DNA of 64,000 bases from NCBI GenBank assembly GCA_964016885.1, contig OZ024756.1:27528001-27592000 (forward strand), read 5' to 3'. A model generated the notes under the pieces. That model made no database searches, was not told the origin of the DNA, and worked only from the letters and a program-made list of their open reading frames with translations. Numbering within the stretch: position 1 is the stretch's first letter; every line of letters begins with the position of its first letter. This DNA is from Eledone cirrhosa. Taxonomy: Eukaryota. A program made the position numbers and the translations under genes. This document shows positions 49,700 to 61,012 of this stretch, one piece after another.

Positions 49700-50574
49700 G
49701 TTTGCCATGTTTTTATTTTGTAAAATTCAAATATCTTTCATATATATTTAGCCAGGTGTGCCCCCAATTTTCATGTGTTCCAAGGTGTGCCGTGGGCAAA
49801 AAGAAAAAGGTTGAGAACCACTGCTCTAAATAATGGTTTCTTATATAGGCACAATGCCAGCAATTTTGGGGGGAGGGGAAAGTCGATTAAATCGACCCCA
49901 GTGCGTGCTGGTATTTTATTTTATCGACCTCGTAAGGATGAAAGGCAAAGTTAACCTCGGCGGGATTTGAACTCAGATCATAAAGGGGCGTAACTCTATG
50001 CTGTAGAGCACGGTGTCCGACGCACTACCGATGCTGCCAATTCTAATAATTGTTTCTACTTTTGGCTCAAGGCCAGCAATTATCCCAGTGCATTACTGGT
50101 ACTTTATTTTATCAACCCCGTAAGGATGAAAGGCAAAGTTAACCTCGGAGGGATTTGAACTCGGAACGTAAAAGGCAATAACTCTATGCTGCAAAGCATG
50201 GCGTCTGACGCTCTACCGATTACTGCCAATCCACCGCAACAAAATCAAACAACAACAACAACAGAACAAACCTACCCTGAAAAAAAAAAAAGGAAAAAGA
50301 AAAGAAAAAAAGAAAATCCAGTAAAACAAATTGTGTTATTTAGAACAGCTATTAAGATAATGAACGACAGTATCAATAGTCTGAAGAGTAATAACCATAA
50401 ATTATATAACCAAATTGCTTTTAGATATTTAGTTATAATCATCCTTTCACTTTATCTTAATGAGATATATTTAAAAAAATTGATTATTGAGAGTGTAAAA
50501 CATGTAAAACGTGTAAAACCTAAGAAATTGACTCAGGTTGTTATTTAGCTCCGGGTTATAATTAACTCAGTAGA

Positions 50575-50845
50575 TCCTTAATCAAATACAGCCCTTTCTA
50601 CGTCATGTGGTGTGGGGTTTTTTTGTGGGGAGAGACGGTGTTTATATAAAACCTGTGTCTTGTCCTTAATCAAATACAGCCCTTCCTACGTCATGTAGTG
50701 TCAGGTTTTTTGGTGGGGAGAGGTGATGTTTATATAAAACCTCTGTGTCTTGTCCTTAATCAAACACAGCCCTTCCTACGTCATGTGGTGTGGGGCTTTT
50801 TTGGTGGGGAGAGACGGTGTTTATATAAAACCACTGTGTCTTTTC
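50575..50845. repeat. ~89-bp direct triplication
   Basis: tccttaatcaaatacagccctt at about 50575, 50663, 50753. Confidence 0.85.
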
Positions 50846-51659
50846 CTTTCTCATCACGGTAGAGTTCGATTTGAAGAAGATTTGGTTGCTCTTTCTAGTA
50901 GATCAAGTGCCTTCCTACAAGCTCCCTCGTCAAAAACTTCCAGAGCCTGGAAACTTCATCATGCTCACGTAACACATTCGATTGACGTAATCACGCAATA
51001 TAGCAGACATACACATACTCTTTCTAACAATATAAACATGCATGTATTGTCCCGTAACTTCTAAGGGAGTCGTAGGAGCGCCGTATTGACATAGGACGTT
51101 TCTAGAGCACTTTTAAAACCTGGTGGAACTCATCTCCTCTCCAGGTCTGACCACTCGTGTCCGTATTCTAACTTTTGGTCTCTTGCCAGTTAACTTTGCT
51201 TGTAAAATCTGTCCAGCGATTCTTTCCTTAGACATTCTAACCATATGCCCGTAATACCGAAGATGTGATCTCCCGATTCGCCGAAAAGGATAGAGAAATT
51301 GAGAGAATTGAAATGAGAAAGAGATATAAAGGAAGAATCGACCCCAGTTCTAGACCGGCATTTTTTTTTTATCATCTTCGAATGGCTGGAAGGCAAAGTT
51401 GATCTCGGCAAAGTTGGTCCCGTAACTCCTGATAGACTCGTAGGAGCACCGTATTGACATACAGCGTTCCTTGGGCATTTTAAAACCTGGCGGAGCCCAT
51501 CTCTCTCCAGGCCTGACTACAGCAGATTTCTTCCAGAGAAAGATAGAAATTGAGAGAGAATAAATGAGAAAGAGATATAGAGGAAGAATCAACAACAGTA
51601 CTAGACAAAGAGCAAAGAGTTGAAACGAACACCGCAAAGCATTCTATACAACGTTTTAC

Positions 51660-53170
51660 ACCCTTACCACAGAAATAACAACATGGCGACTATTAGAAAC
51701 TCATCTAGACTTCTTCTCTCTAAAGAGAAGTACATCCTCGTGAAATTGAGATAATAATTTCTTGAAGTATTAAATCTGGTTACAACAACATCTTCTGAGG
51801 GGCATTTAGGAGGGCGAAGACTAACCTCTCAGAAGCTGAAGTCACAAGAGCAAATAGAGAGCTCAAATATGGAAAGGCTTCCGGGGAGGAGGAAATTCGA
51901 CCCGTGATATTAAAACCCTTACATAGAGAATGTTTGCTCTGGGTGACTCGTGTGTGTCAGGTGGCCTGAATCTCGAGAAAGACACCAAAGCAACGACAAT
52001 TTGGAGTGATAAATCCAATTTTCCAAAAGGGAGACAAAATGGATTACCCTAATTACAGAAGGCTCTACTTGGTAATCCTTCACGGTAAAGTCTATGCTAA
52101 GTGCCTGGCAGAGAGATGCAGGGAGATTGTTGAGTCCAAGCTAGCAGATACAGTGCGGTTTTCGTTCCGTATCTAACACAGCCGACCAAATATTCACACT
52201 GCGGCATGTCTTTGAGAAATCGCGTGAGCACTGCCAAAAATGTATATGCTTGTTTCATGGACCTCGGAAAGGCATAAAACCATGTTCTACGAGACCTGTG
52301 GTAGAAGGGCCTGCAAGAGTATGGGATTGACTGACAGCTTATTGTTGCTTTGTAGTCGCTATGCCAGTCATGGGCAACCTGCGGCCTGCGAAGCTCTCTG
52401 AATGGCTCGCCTAAGTCACCTAATTGAAATCTTTCTGATTTTTTTACCAAAACTTTTCAGTCGTAATTTATCTTTCTATCATTTTTACGATCGAAGAAAA
52501 CAACGTGTACGAATTCTGAAGAAAAAAATCAAAACAGCCCGAGTTACCGCCCTTTTTTTAATGTGGGCATGAATGTAAATGAGCGCTTGCAGCCCGCCTG
52601 ATGATGAGCCATATCTCATGCAGCCCGCTTCTCGAAAAAGGTTGCCCATGCCTGCTCTATGCGAATGTCATAGTATTTCTGTTCGGATGCTAAGTCGAAA
52701 CCATTCAAAGTGGGCGTCGCACTCTACCAGAGGTTCGTACTGTCACTTCTCCTGTTCATGAACAGGATTGGCATGCGCAGTCGGGCTGGAAGTGGGATCA
52801 AAACCAACTGATCGAGGATCAGTCGGCTGGAATTTGCCGACGATATAGTATTTTTTAACTAGCCGGTGTAAAAGTCAAATTCGCTATCTTCAGTTTGGTG
52901 AATCGAGGGATCACATCTTCGGTAATACGGACATGTGGTTAGAATGTCTAAGGAAAGAATCGCTGGAGAGATTTTACAAGCAAAGCTAACTGGCAAGAGA
53001 CCAAGAGTTAGACCACGAGCAAGATGGTTGGATAACATCCATAAGCTTGGCTGGTCGCGCTTGGGGATCCAGCCGGAGGAATTTGATGATGGTTGCTTCC
53101 TATAGGATCCTCAGGAAGGCGTGTCTGAGGATTTACCCATACTACTACCATCCAAGAATAAGTGAAGAAG
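51660..53170 (+). mobile_element. Degenerate RTE-clade LINE interrupted by a hAT MITE
   Basis: Remnants GKASGEEEI, PIFQKGD..DYPNYR, CFMDLGKA, LEFADD, YGHVVRM...RPRARWLD with many stops; inverted partial copy near 51165-51285. Confidence 0.8.
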
Positions 53171-53276
53171 GTGGGTAGGCAAATAGGTAGGTAGGAAGGT
53201 AGGTGGATTGATATGAATGTATGCAGATGGGTAGGTAAGTAAGAAGGTATTTAAGTAGATTGGTATGTATGTATGT

Positions 53277-53641
53277 TATCTCTTCCTGTTAATTTCGAGT
53301 ATATTTTTTGACCGGCCACCTTCCTGGTGGCAAGGTTGTAAAAGAAAAGAAATTGTCATCCCTTGAATCGCAAGAATGTTTTGCAAATTTTGAAGGTGCC
53401 AGCTATCGCAGCCATTTGTAGACTATGAATTAGGGAGCTGCGCTCTTTGTCCGTAAATCCAAGTTCAGTCATACTTTGATCCAAGCGGGTTGTTATAAAA
53501 CCCGTAGCTCCAATAATGATGGGTATGAAGCTAAAGGTGTATCTTGGAAACTGGATTTGTAAACTCCTCATCAATGGTCCGTAGATGTCCTCCTTCTCCT
53601 GTATTTTTCTGACAACGTTTACATCAAATGGGCAGCTGATC
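53277..53641 (-). mobile_element. 3' end of a restriction-endonuclease LINE (R4/Dong-like) in a (TATG)n tract
   Basis: CPFDVNV..K.QEK.D.Y..L...PIIIGATG...LQMAAIAGTFKICKTFL*; TATG repeats on both sides. Confidence 0.7.
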
Positions 53642-54706
53642 TATGTATGTATGTATGTATGTATGTATGTATGTATGTATGTATGTATGTATGTATGGAT
53701 GGATGGATGGATGGATGGATGGATGGATGTATGTATGTATGTATGTATGTATGGATGGATGTATGTATGTATGTATGGATGTATGTATGTATGTATGTTC
53801 TTCTGGTTTTATAATTTCACAAAGTTTTACCAATAGAGAGAGAGTCGGTTTGTAACATAGACACAATACTCTCTCATTGGAATTTACACATCAACTAGAT
53901 GGTATGTATGTATGCATGCATGTGTAAATATGGATGTTATTGTATGTGTGGATGTGGATGTTTTGAGTTGTATGTGTGCATGTGTATATGCTTTGTATCT
54001 GTACATGTGTATATGCAGTTATTAGATGCAAAATTTTTGGAATGTTTTTATGTATGTATGTATGTATGTGTAAATATGTATGTATGAATGTATGCATGCA
54101 TGTATGCATGCATTCATACATACATATTGCATGTATGCATGTATCTATGTGTAAATATGTATGTACATGTGTATATATGTATGTATGTATATGCATGTAT
54201 ACATATGTGTATATATGCGCGGGGACATAGAAATAATCGGGCTGGATGCCCGATCGCGCAGTTAAACCACTGGGAGTGAAGGACCCCTAGCCTTTGTCAG
54301 GACATTCTTCTAGGAGAAGGCAACTCAGGAAACTGGGATAACTCCGGCATAAAACCTGCGGCTCAGTATTTACCGATGATGTTGATCTTCTCTTCTTTTC
54401 GGGTTATAGCTACTGTCGCTCAGAGAGTGGGATTGGCTCAGTGCACAGTCTTTCCTCACTTAAAAAAAATCTTCACACACAGGCATTGCACGATAGAATT
54501 AATAATTATTAATAATGGTATATCGTGCAGTGACATACTCGATAACGAGGGGGGAAGCCATCATGTATGTATGTATTTATATATACTAAAATAACAGATT
54601 AAAGTTTAAGCAAAGAATCGCTGCTTTCACCCTTAATGGGATCTTCTGAAACTAAAGAAATTAATCTGTGAACGCAGAAGTAAATATTTCGAAAAGCGTT
54701 ACGCAC

Positions 54707-54769
<63 letters not shown>

Positions 54770-54770
54770 C

Positions 54771-54874
54771 GTGATGTCCAGCAGAAGCAAGGGGTGGGAG
54801 GGACCGTCCTGACGAAGGCCAGTTAAGCCTGAAATGCATAGACGGTTGTCCCCCTTGCTTCTGCTGGACATCAC
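54771..54874 (+). ncRNA. Type I hammerhead ribozyme with extended stem I
   Basis: Stem I accgtc/gacggt; core CTGACGA 54809-54815; stem II aggc-cagttaa-gcct; GAAA-TGCA-TA with predicted cleavage after 54840; outer 24-bp perfect inverted repeat 54771-54794 / 54851-54874. Confidence 0.85.
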
Positions 54875-55106
54875 CAGAGGGCGTTAGCCCCCCCCCCCCC
54901 CCGGTGTTTGCATTGCTAAGGCTTCCTAAAACTGTATTTCTTTGGAGATACGAAATACTTATACATATTGTATAAAGCTATGCTTGAAGCGAAATCCTAT
55001 TTTTTTTAATTATAAGTTGAGTCAACTTATGCAGCTTCATATGCAAATGAGATTAATCACCTCATTTACATAGACGAGAAAAGTATATATTCTCAGCTGT
55101 CATCTA

Positions 55107-55208
55107 GTCCAGCAGTCGCAAGCGGTGGGAGGGACCGTCCTGGCGAAGGCCAGTTAAGCCTGAAATGTATAGACGGTTGTCCGCCTTGCTTCTGCTGGAC
55201 ATCACCAG
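55107..55208 (+). ncRNA. Second copy of the same hammerhead, core mutated (CTGGCGA)
   Basis: Direct repeat 331 nt downstream, same stems, GAAATGTATA. Confidence 0.75.
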
Positions 55209-55450
55209 ATTTTAAAGTTTGGATGTTGGTTGTGACACAATTGGCGATATGTTCACTAAATGCAATCTTTCTGTATTCCTGTATTTTAATTTGTGATTTA
55301 TGGACGGTCATACGTTGACGGAGGGTGTTTTTTGTCTGTCCTATGTAGTGCTCTTGACAACCTGAGCAGGTCAAAACATAGATAAGGTTTTCAGATGCAC
55401 ATGTAAAGTTGTGTTTAACTGTGAAACGTTGTCCTTGTTTAAAATGGAAT
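55209..55450 (-). mobile_element. Penelope-like GIY-YIG endonuclease fragment
   Basis: FTCASENLIYVLTCSGCQEHYIGQTKNTLRQRMTVHKSQI...FSEHIANC. Confidence 0.85.
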
Positions 55451-55859
55451 GTTGAACCTTCTATTAGATTTTTGCAGTGCCACAGTTGGGCCTTCCGCCC
55501 ATCTGTGGCATATATATATATATACTACGAGCTGTCTCACCTATTTACACTATATTCTTATCTTTACATTGTCCTTCAGTACATCTTATGCTATATACTA
55601 TGTTTCTAGTTTTACAGTTAATATGGGGGCTTTGTTTACAGATTATGCATTTCTTATCTATACAGGGAGGTCTTTGAAAAGGGTAAGTATTACTAATAAA
55701 TGTTTAATAACAATATCGGTTTTATAACAATATCGGTTTCAACTCACGTTTTCAGATAAAGAATCTTGCTAAACAATATATATATATATTAAGAATTCTT
55801 GCTAAACAATATATATATATATATTAAGAATTCTTGCTAAACAATATATATATATATTA

Positions 55860-58162
55860 AGAATTCTACCTCTCTAGCGCATTATATCTGGGATCTTAAG
55901 GGAGCTTTTATACCATATAGGCTTAACTGGAGTTTAGTAGCACGATCTAACCACCTTTCTGCACATAGTAAGTTTTGTAATCTCTGTATACTTGAGACAC
56001 GCTCTATTATTTTCTCTAGCGTACCCTTACTGAATAGAAAGTCTGAGATATTCTCTTCTTGCCCCCATGCAATTTCTAATTCTTACTTTTATTATAAACC
56101 CAAACGTTCTAGTAGTACAAATCGTACCCATTAGCAGATATATTCTATTACTTAGTTTTTTTGTTTGGGTTCTTTTGTTTGCCAACACTATTGTTATCAT
56201 TGGTTTTTGATGACTCTTCATTCTAGCTCTCATAATCATTTGGCCACTGTACCATATCTATGTCTTCACTATTACACCTTGTTAGTATACATAAGATTAC
56301 ACACGTTACTATCTTTATATATTCTTTTATTATCATTAACTTTAATTTTTAATTTTAACATCATTTTTATTTTTATTTTTATTTTTAATTCTATTTTTAA
56401 TTCTATTTTTATTTTTATTTCTAAGTCTATTCTGATTTATCTATCGACCCCCCCCCCCATTCCCCCTCCCCCCCCCATGCACGCATAAACTTATTGTCAA
56501 CCCCTCTAGATTGAATATGATTTTATTAACCCCCCCCTCTTTTATGCTCTGTTCTATTATTTATTATAGTATATCGAATATATTTTATGCCACTTCGCAC
56601 CCTCCATATATTTTGTCAATTCTGTCCCCATTAGCCTACCTTAACTCTACTTAAGTCAGTTTTTTAGATATCGTTACGTATATGATAGTGTAATTTTATT
56701 CCTTTTTGTAAACATTTGTAACGATACATTAAAGTTTATATACTTTAATGACTTAGACTATAGCTAATTTTATACTACCTTATTGGATGGGTTTGATATT
56801 TTTAATATTAATTTATCAGATAGGATTTAGAGTCATTTAAAATGATCGCTTTCCTTGGTGTTTACCAAATTTCTTAATGCACGCGAGGCCTAAGTGTGTA
56901 TACATTTGCATTGTTTTGTAATTTCCGGTTGATTGTATTTATTTGTTTTATCCTATATTCTATTTACTATTCACTGTCTGGCTTCGTTCACTCATCCACA
57001 CATGTCTGTCTACTAACCTTGAAATTATAAGTATTTATTTACATATTTTATGCCAATTTTTAAAATATATTACATTATGATATAGATCCTTATTACTTAC
57101 CGTTTATTATATATAACATTGAGATAGTTAAACTTTATATATCATATAAGATGTCTGGATTTTTTAATTTTTTAATATTTTAATATTGTAATATGTAACA
57201 TTATAGTATTTAGACTTTACATATCATGTTAGATGTCTGTATATTTTTCTGTAACAACATATTTTTTCTGTAACATCATAATTGTTCCCTGTACCAATAT
57301 AGTTTTTTTGAGTATTATTGTATTATATTATATGATTGATATTTCCTCATTTATTATGTAACCCAGTATGAATCATGTTGTACATATTGTTTATAGTAAT
57401 TGTTAATATAATGTTAACATTTTATCATCGTATTTCACTGTGACATCTATATTGTTTCTGTAAATTAACCGGGGATTATTATATATTCTACTTTATATAT
57501 TCTACTTTATTATATTGTATTGTATTATATAATTTTGTTGTTTATTATTTATTATAAGTATTTCTTGTAATTATATCATATTATTGCCTCATGTATATAG
57601 GGTAGATGTATTAGCATTATTTTCACTATTATCATGCTTATTTTTGATATTTTTGATGTGCAGACTTCCAATAGGGCTTAATTTCTGTGTAATGGAAAAT
57701 AGATATGTGTATTGTAATATGTGTGTGTGTGTGTGTGTGTGTGCGCACATATATACATGTCTATATTGTACCTTTTGATTTTTAATTTGGAATTTTAATG
57801 TTGGTATGGATATATTATTATTATAATGTATTATACTGTGTTATATATAATTCCTGCTCTATATAACCAAATTTGTTTAGATTTAAGTTCGTGACTTTGG
57901 ACTATATTTGTAATATGGTTCTTAATGTTATCTACATCCTTAGTTATTATAATTTTATTATTTTTATCTTCATTTTTATTATCGTATATCTTTGTAAGAC
58001 ATTAGTGTATGTAAACTCCATATTCTTCAGAGTTTCTGGCTTGTATCTGCCGAAATTACCTCTTATTGTTTTGATTGCCCTGATGAGTCCTTAATAGGAC
58101 GAAACATTGTCGGCTAATAAAAACTTTTGATGTATTAAAGGATTCTTTGTTTTACTCTCTTA

Positions 58163-58163
<1 letters not shown>
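55860..58163 (+). mobile_element. 5'-truncated Penelope-like element: endonuclease C-terminus, ~2 kb AT-rich 3' region, terminal hammerhead
   Basis: Open frame 55862-56134 STSLAHYIWDLK..Y.LNWS...KFCNLCILE..II....LLNRKSEIFSSCPH* (absent from the ORF track); (TA)n on both sides. Confidence 0.8.
58074..58118 (+). ncRNA. Minimal type I hammerhead ribozyme
   Basis: attgcc-CTGATGA-gtcct-taat-aggac-GAAAC-att-GTC-ggctaat; intact core, GUC triplet at 58109-58111. Confidence 0.85.
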
Positions 58164-58194
<31 letters not shown>

Positions 58195-58960
58195 CTAGCA
58201 GAGGTACCCGGCGTTGCTCGGGTATTAAATAGCAGTTGTGTATACCATTTATGTCAATACTTCAGTGCTGCTTCGAAAACTATACTTTTACAAAATCATC
58301 GGCTTTTTCCAAAAGGGGGTTCCTGCCCCCAGGGGTCCCCTACTCAATATGTGAAAATACTGTAGAAATGCATAAGGTTTATACATACGCGTGCGTGCGT
58401 GCGTGTGTGTGTGTGTGTGTGTGTTTGTGGGTGTGTATGTATTTTGTGTGCGTATGTATGTGTATGTATTGGCCTAAATCTTCACTATTTACTTTTACTA
58501 TTTTAATAACCTCTGTCATTTTCGTTTTCAATTTTATTTACATCATTCTTAAACTCCGGGGCTGGAAATCATTCTGTTATTTTAAATAGAATATTAGTCT
58601 AACGACTCCATTTATACCATAAACTTGGTCTTGTCTTTGCATGAAATTGTTCTTCACGATCCACATAACGACGTATTATCCTCGCTTTTTCCCCGTTCAT
58701 TGCCAGGGAACGTCTTCACGAACCAAAATATCGTTTTCCTGTTTTCGTCAGTTCAATTTGAATGGGAAATTCCTGTTTCATCGATTTTCTCCGTAACCAT
58801 GGAAGCTTGTAGCTTGAAAGTCGACCCAACGCCTCCTCGGGTCATTCTGCATAAATGTATAAATTTTCGCTGCATTCCACCAAGCCGTTTCGACGTTTAT
58901 CCGACTACACCTACTTACTTAATTATACAACGTCCGACCACTTCCAATTTATATAGTAGA
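58195..58960 (-). mobile_element. Non-autonomous Helitron
   Basis: Same 3' hairpin (cccggcgttgctcggg on +) and CTAG as the 30281 element; minus strand starts TCTACTATATAAA; A/T insertion site. Confidence 0.8.
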
Positions 58961-58976
58961 TATTTCGTTTCTGAAT

Positions 58977-59760
58977 TTGTTTAGCAAGATTCTTTATCTG
59001 AAAACGTGTGTTGAAACCGATAATATTATAAAACACTTATTAGTAATACATACACTTTTCAAAAACCTCCCTGTATAGATAAGAAATGCATAATCTGTAA
59101 ACAAAGCCCCCATATTAACTGTAAAACTAGAAACATAGTATATAGCATAAGATGTACTGAAGGACAATGTAAAGATAAGAATATAGTGTACATAGACGAG
59201 ACATCTCGTAGTATAGGAGAACGGTTAAATGAACACTGGCGAGAGCTTCAAGATAGAAAAGAATCATCACTACTCCACCAACATACTAAAATAGAACATA
59301 AGGGCAAATTAGAGAACATAGAAATAAAAATAAATCTACACACAGAAAAGACGCAATGTTTAGACAAATCACGGAGGCAATAAACATAAATGAACTCCAA
59401 CCAAAATTAAATAGAAAACATGAATGGAATAGCAACATCACAACTTACAATTAAGGACAAAATGAAAACACACACACATAGAACAAACAACCAACCAATA
59501 AGATGTAAATAAACAAATAAATAAACAAATAAAAACACACACAGACACCTGGATGTAACACATGCGCAAACTAAGCACACAACACATACAACAACAAGAT
59601 GGCGTAGGACAGAACAAAGGAGAGGTACAAAACAAAGAAAAGAATTCCCAGTCACTGAAGAGGTCACAGAATGTGTGACAAAAGAACTTCGACAATATAT
59701 GAACAACCGTCCGGTTGTGGAACCAACCAACCAACCTTAAATTTATAAATTAAAAAAAAA
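58977..59760 (+). mobile_element. Penelope-like element 3' part (GIY-YIG), with an inverted partial copy at 55525-55776
   Basis: CIICK...NCKTRNIVYSIRC...VYIDETSRSIGERLNEH...LHQH...EAI.I...PKLN; degenerate hammerhead at 59651-59693. Confidence 0.85.
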
Positions 59761-59869
59761 ATATATATATTTTTTTTAATTTTTAATTTATAATAAATTG
59801 GAGTGAAAACAACTGGTGCGTGTGTTTCTTATTGGCAACATGACCCTCCCAAAGTATAACAATATACCT

Positions 59870-60166
59870 TAGGGTCTGTTTTTCTTTTTTTTATCCCTTC
59901 TTTGATTCGTCAAAGTGACATTATTGAAAAGATGACATTATTGAAAAAATGAGAGGGACAATTCTCTTTTTAAAAAAGTTTTAAAATATATATAATGTAT
60001 ATAAAGTATTACCGGTTTCGATATATTATTAAAATTCATCTTATCAAATGTTGAGTATTGAAATAAAAAATTAAAAAGAATTAATAGGAGTTAAAAATGT
60101 CATCTTTTCAATAATGCCACTTTGACGAATCTAAGAAAGGATAAATAAAAGAAAAACAGACCCTAA
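59870..60166. mobile_element. MITE-like element with ~70 bp inverted arms
   Basis: tagggtctgtttttc...gatgacatt versus aatgtcatc...aaaaacagacccta. Confidence 0.7.
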
Positions 60167-60196
60167 ACTATATTTTCCATGCTATTTCCAACTTCA

Positions 60197-60245
<49 letters not shown>

Positions 60246-60360
60246 ACTCTCTCTCCCTCTCTCTCTCTCTCTCTCTTTATATATATATAAAATCAAGGTC
60301 TAGCAAATAGAGAAAATTTTTTAAAATAAATAAAAAAAATTCGCTGTACTTACTATATGT

Positions 60361-60430
60361 GCCTTTACCGCGGTTTCAAGCTCCAGAATAAACGGAAAAT
60401 CCAAGCGGAAGGTAGCTATCTTCAGAAGGT
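60361..60430 (-). ncRNA. Type I hammerhead, inverted copy
   Basis: Minus strand acctt-CTGAAGA-tagct..agctt-GAAAC-CGCG-GTA-aaggc. Confidence 0.75.
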
Positions 60431-60716
60431 TCTTCTCCCTCGGAGAATATAAAATTCCCGAGTTCAAATCACAAACACGTAGGAATTCATACTTTATTAT
60501 TATTGATCTCCCCCTAAGGTAGAGATAAAAGCTTGGCCGTTTGGACTGCTGCTATTTCTAGTGGCAGGACATTGACCTGTCCACCCTGCCTTTTGTCTTT
60601 GCACACGGCACAAGACAGAATTGTTTCTTTCATCATTCGCTCTCATTTTAGAATGGTTTGTATGGCGTCAGTTTGTGATTTGAACTCGGGAATTTTATAT
60701 TCTCCGAGGGAGAAGA

Positions 60717-60798
60717 GCCTTCTGAAGATAGCTCCCTTCTCAATGGAAGTCAGCTTGGATTTTCCGTTTATTCTGGAGCTTGAAACCGCGGTAAAGGC
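60717..60798 (+). ncRNA. Type I hammerhead with palindromic stem III
   Basis: gcctt-CTGAAGA-t-agctcc..ggagct-t-GAAAC-CGCG-GTA-aaggc, inside a ~190-bp inverted duplication (60286-60476 / 60671-60873). Confidence 0.8.
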
Positions 60799-60980
60799 AC
60801 ATATAGTAAGTACAGCGAATTTTTTAAAATTTATTTTAAAACTTGTTCTCTATTTGCTAGACCTTGATTTTATATGTTCTGGCTTGTTAATTTCTGAACC
60901 CGCCCTAGAACCACATTGGCATACGGTTGGATAATACTTGTTTCCCTATATGTATTTTTTACACGTAGGAATTCATACTT

Positions 60981-61012
<32 letters not shown>

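Noticed and set aside
54592-54660. Hammerhead-like motif on the minus strand (related copy near 13779-13838)
   Set aside because: Core reads CAGAAGA and no valid NUH triplet or stem I could be formed; similar weak matches near 960, 27840 and 62680 were also dropped.
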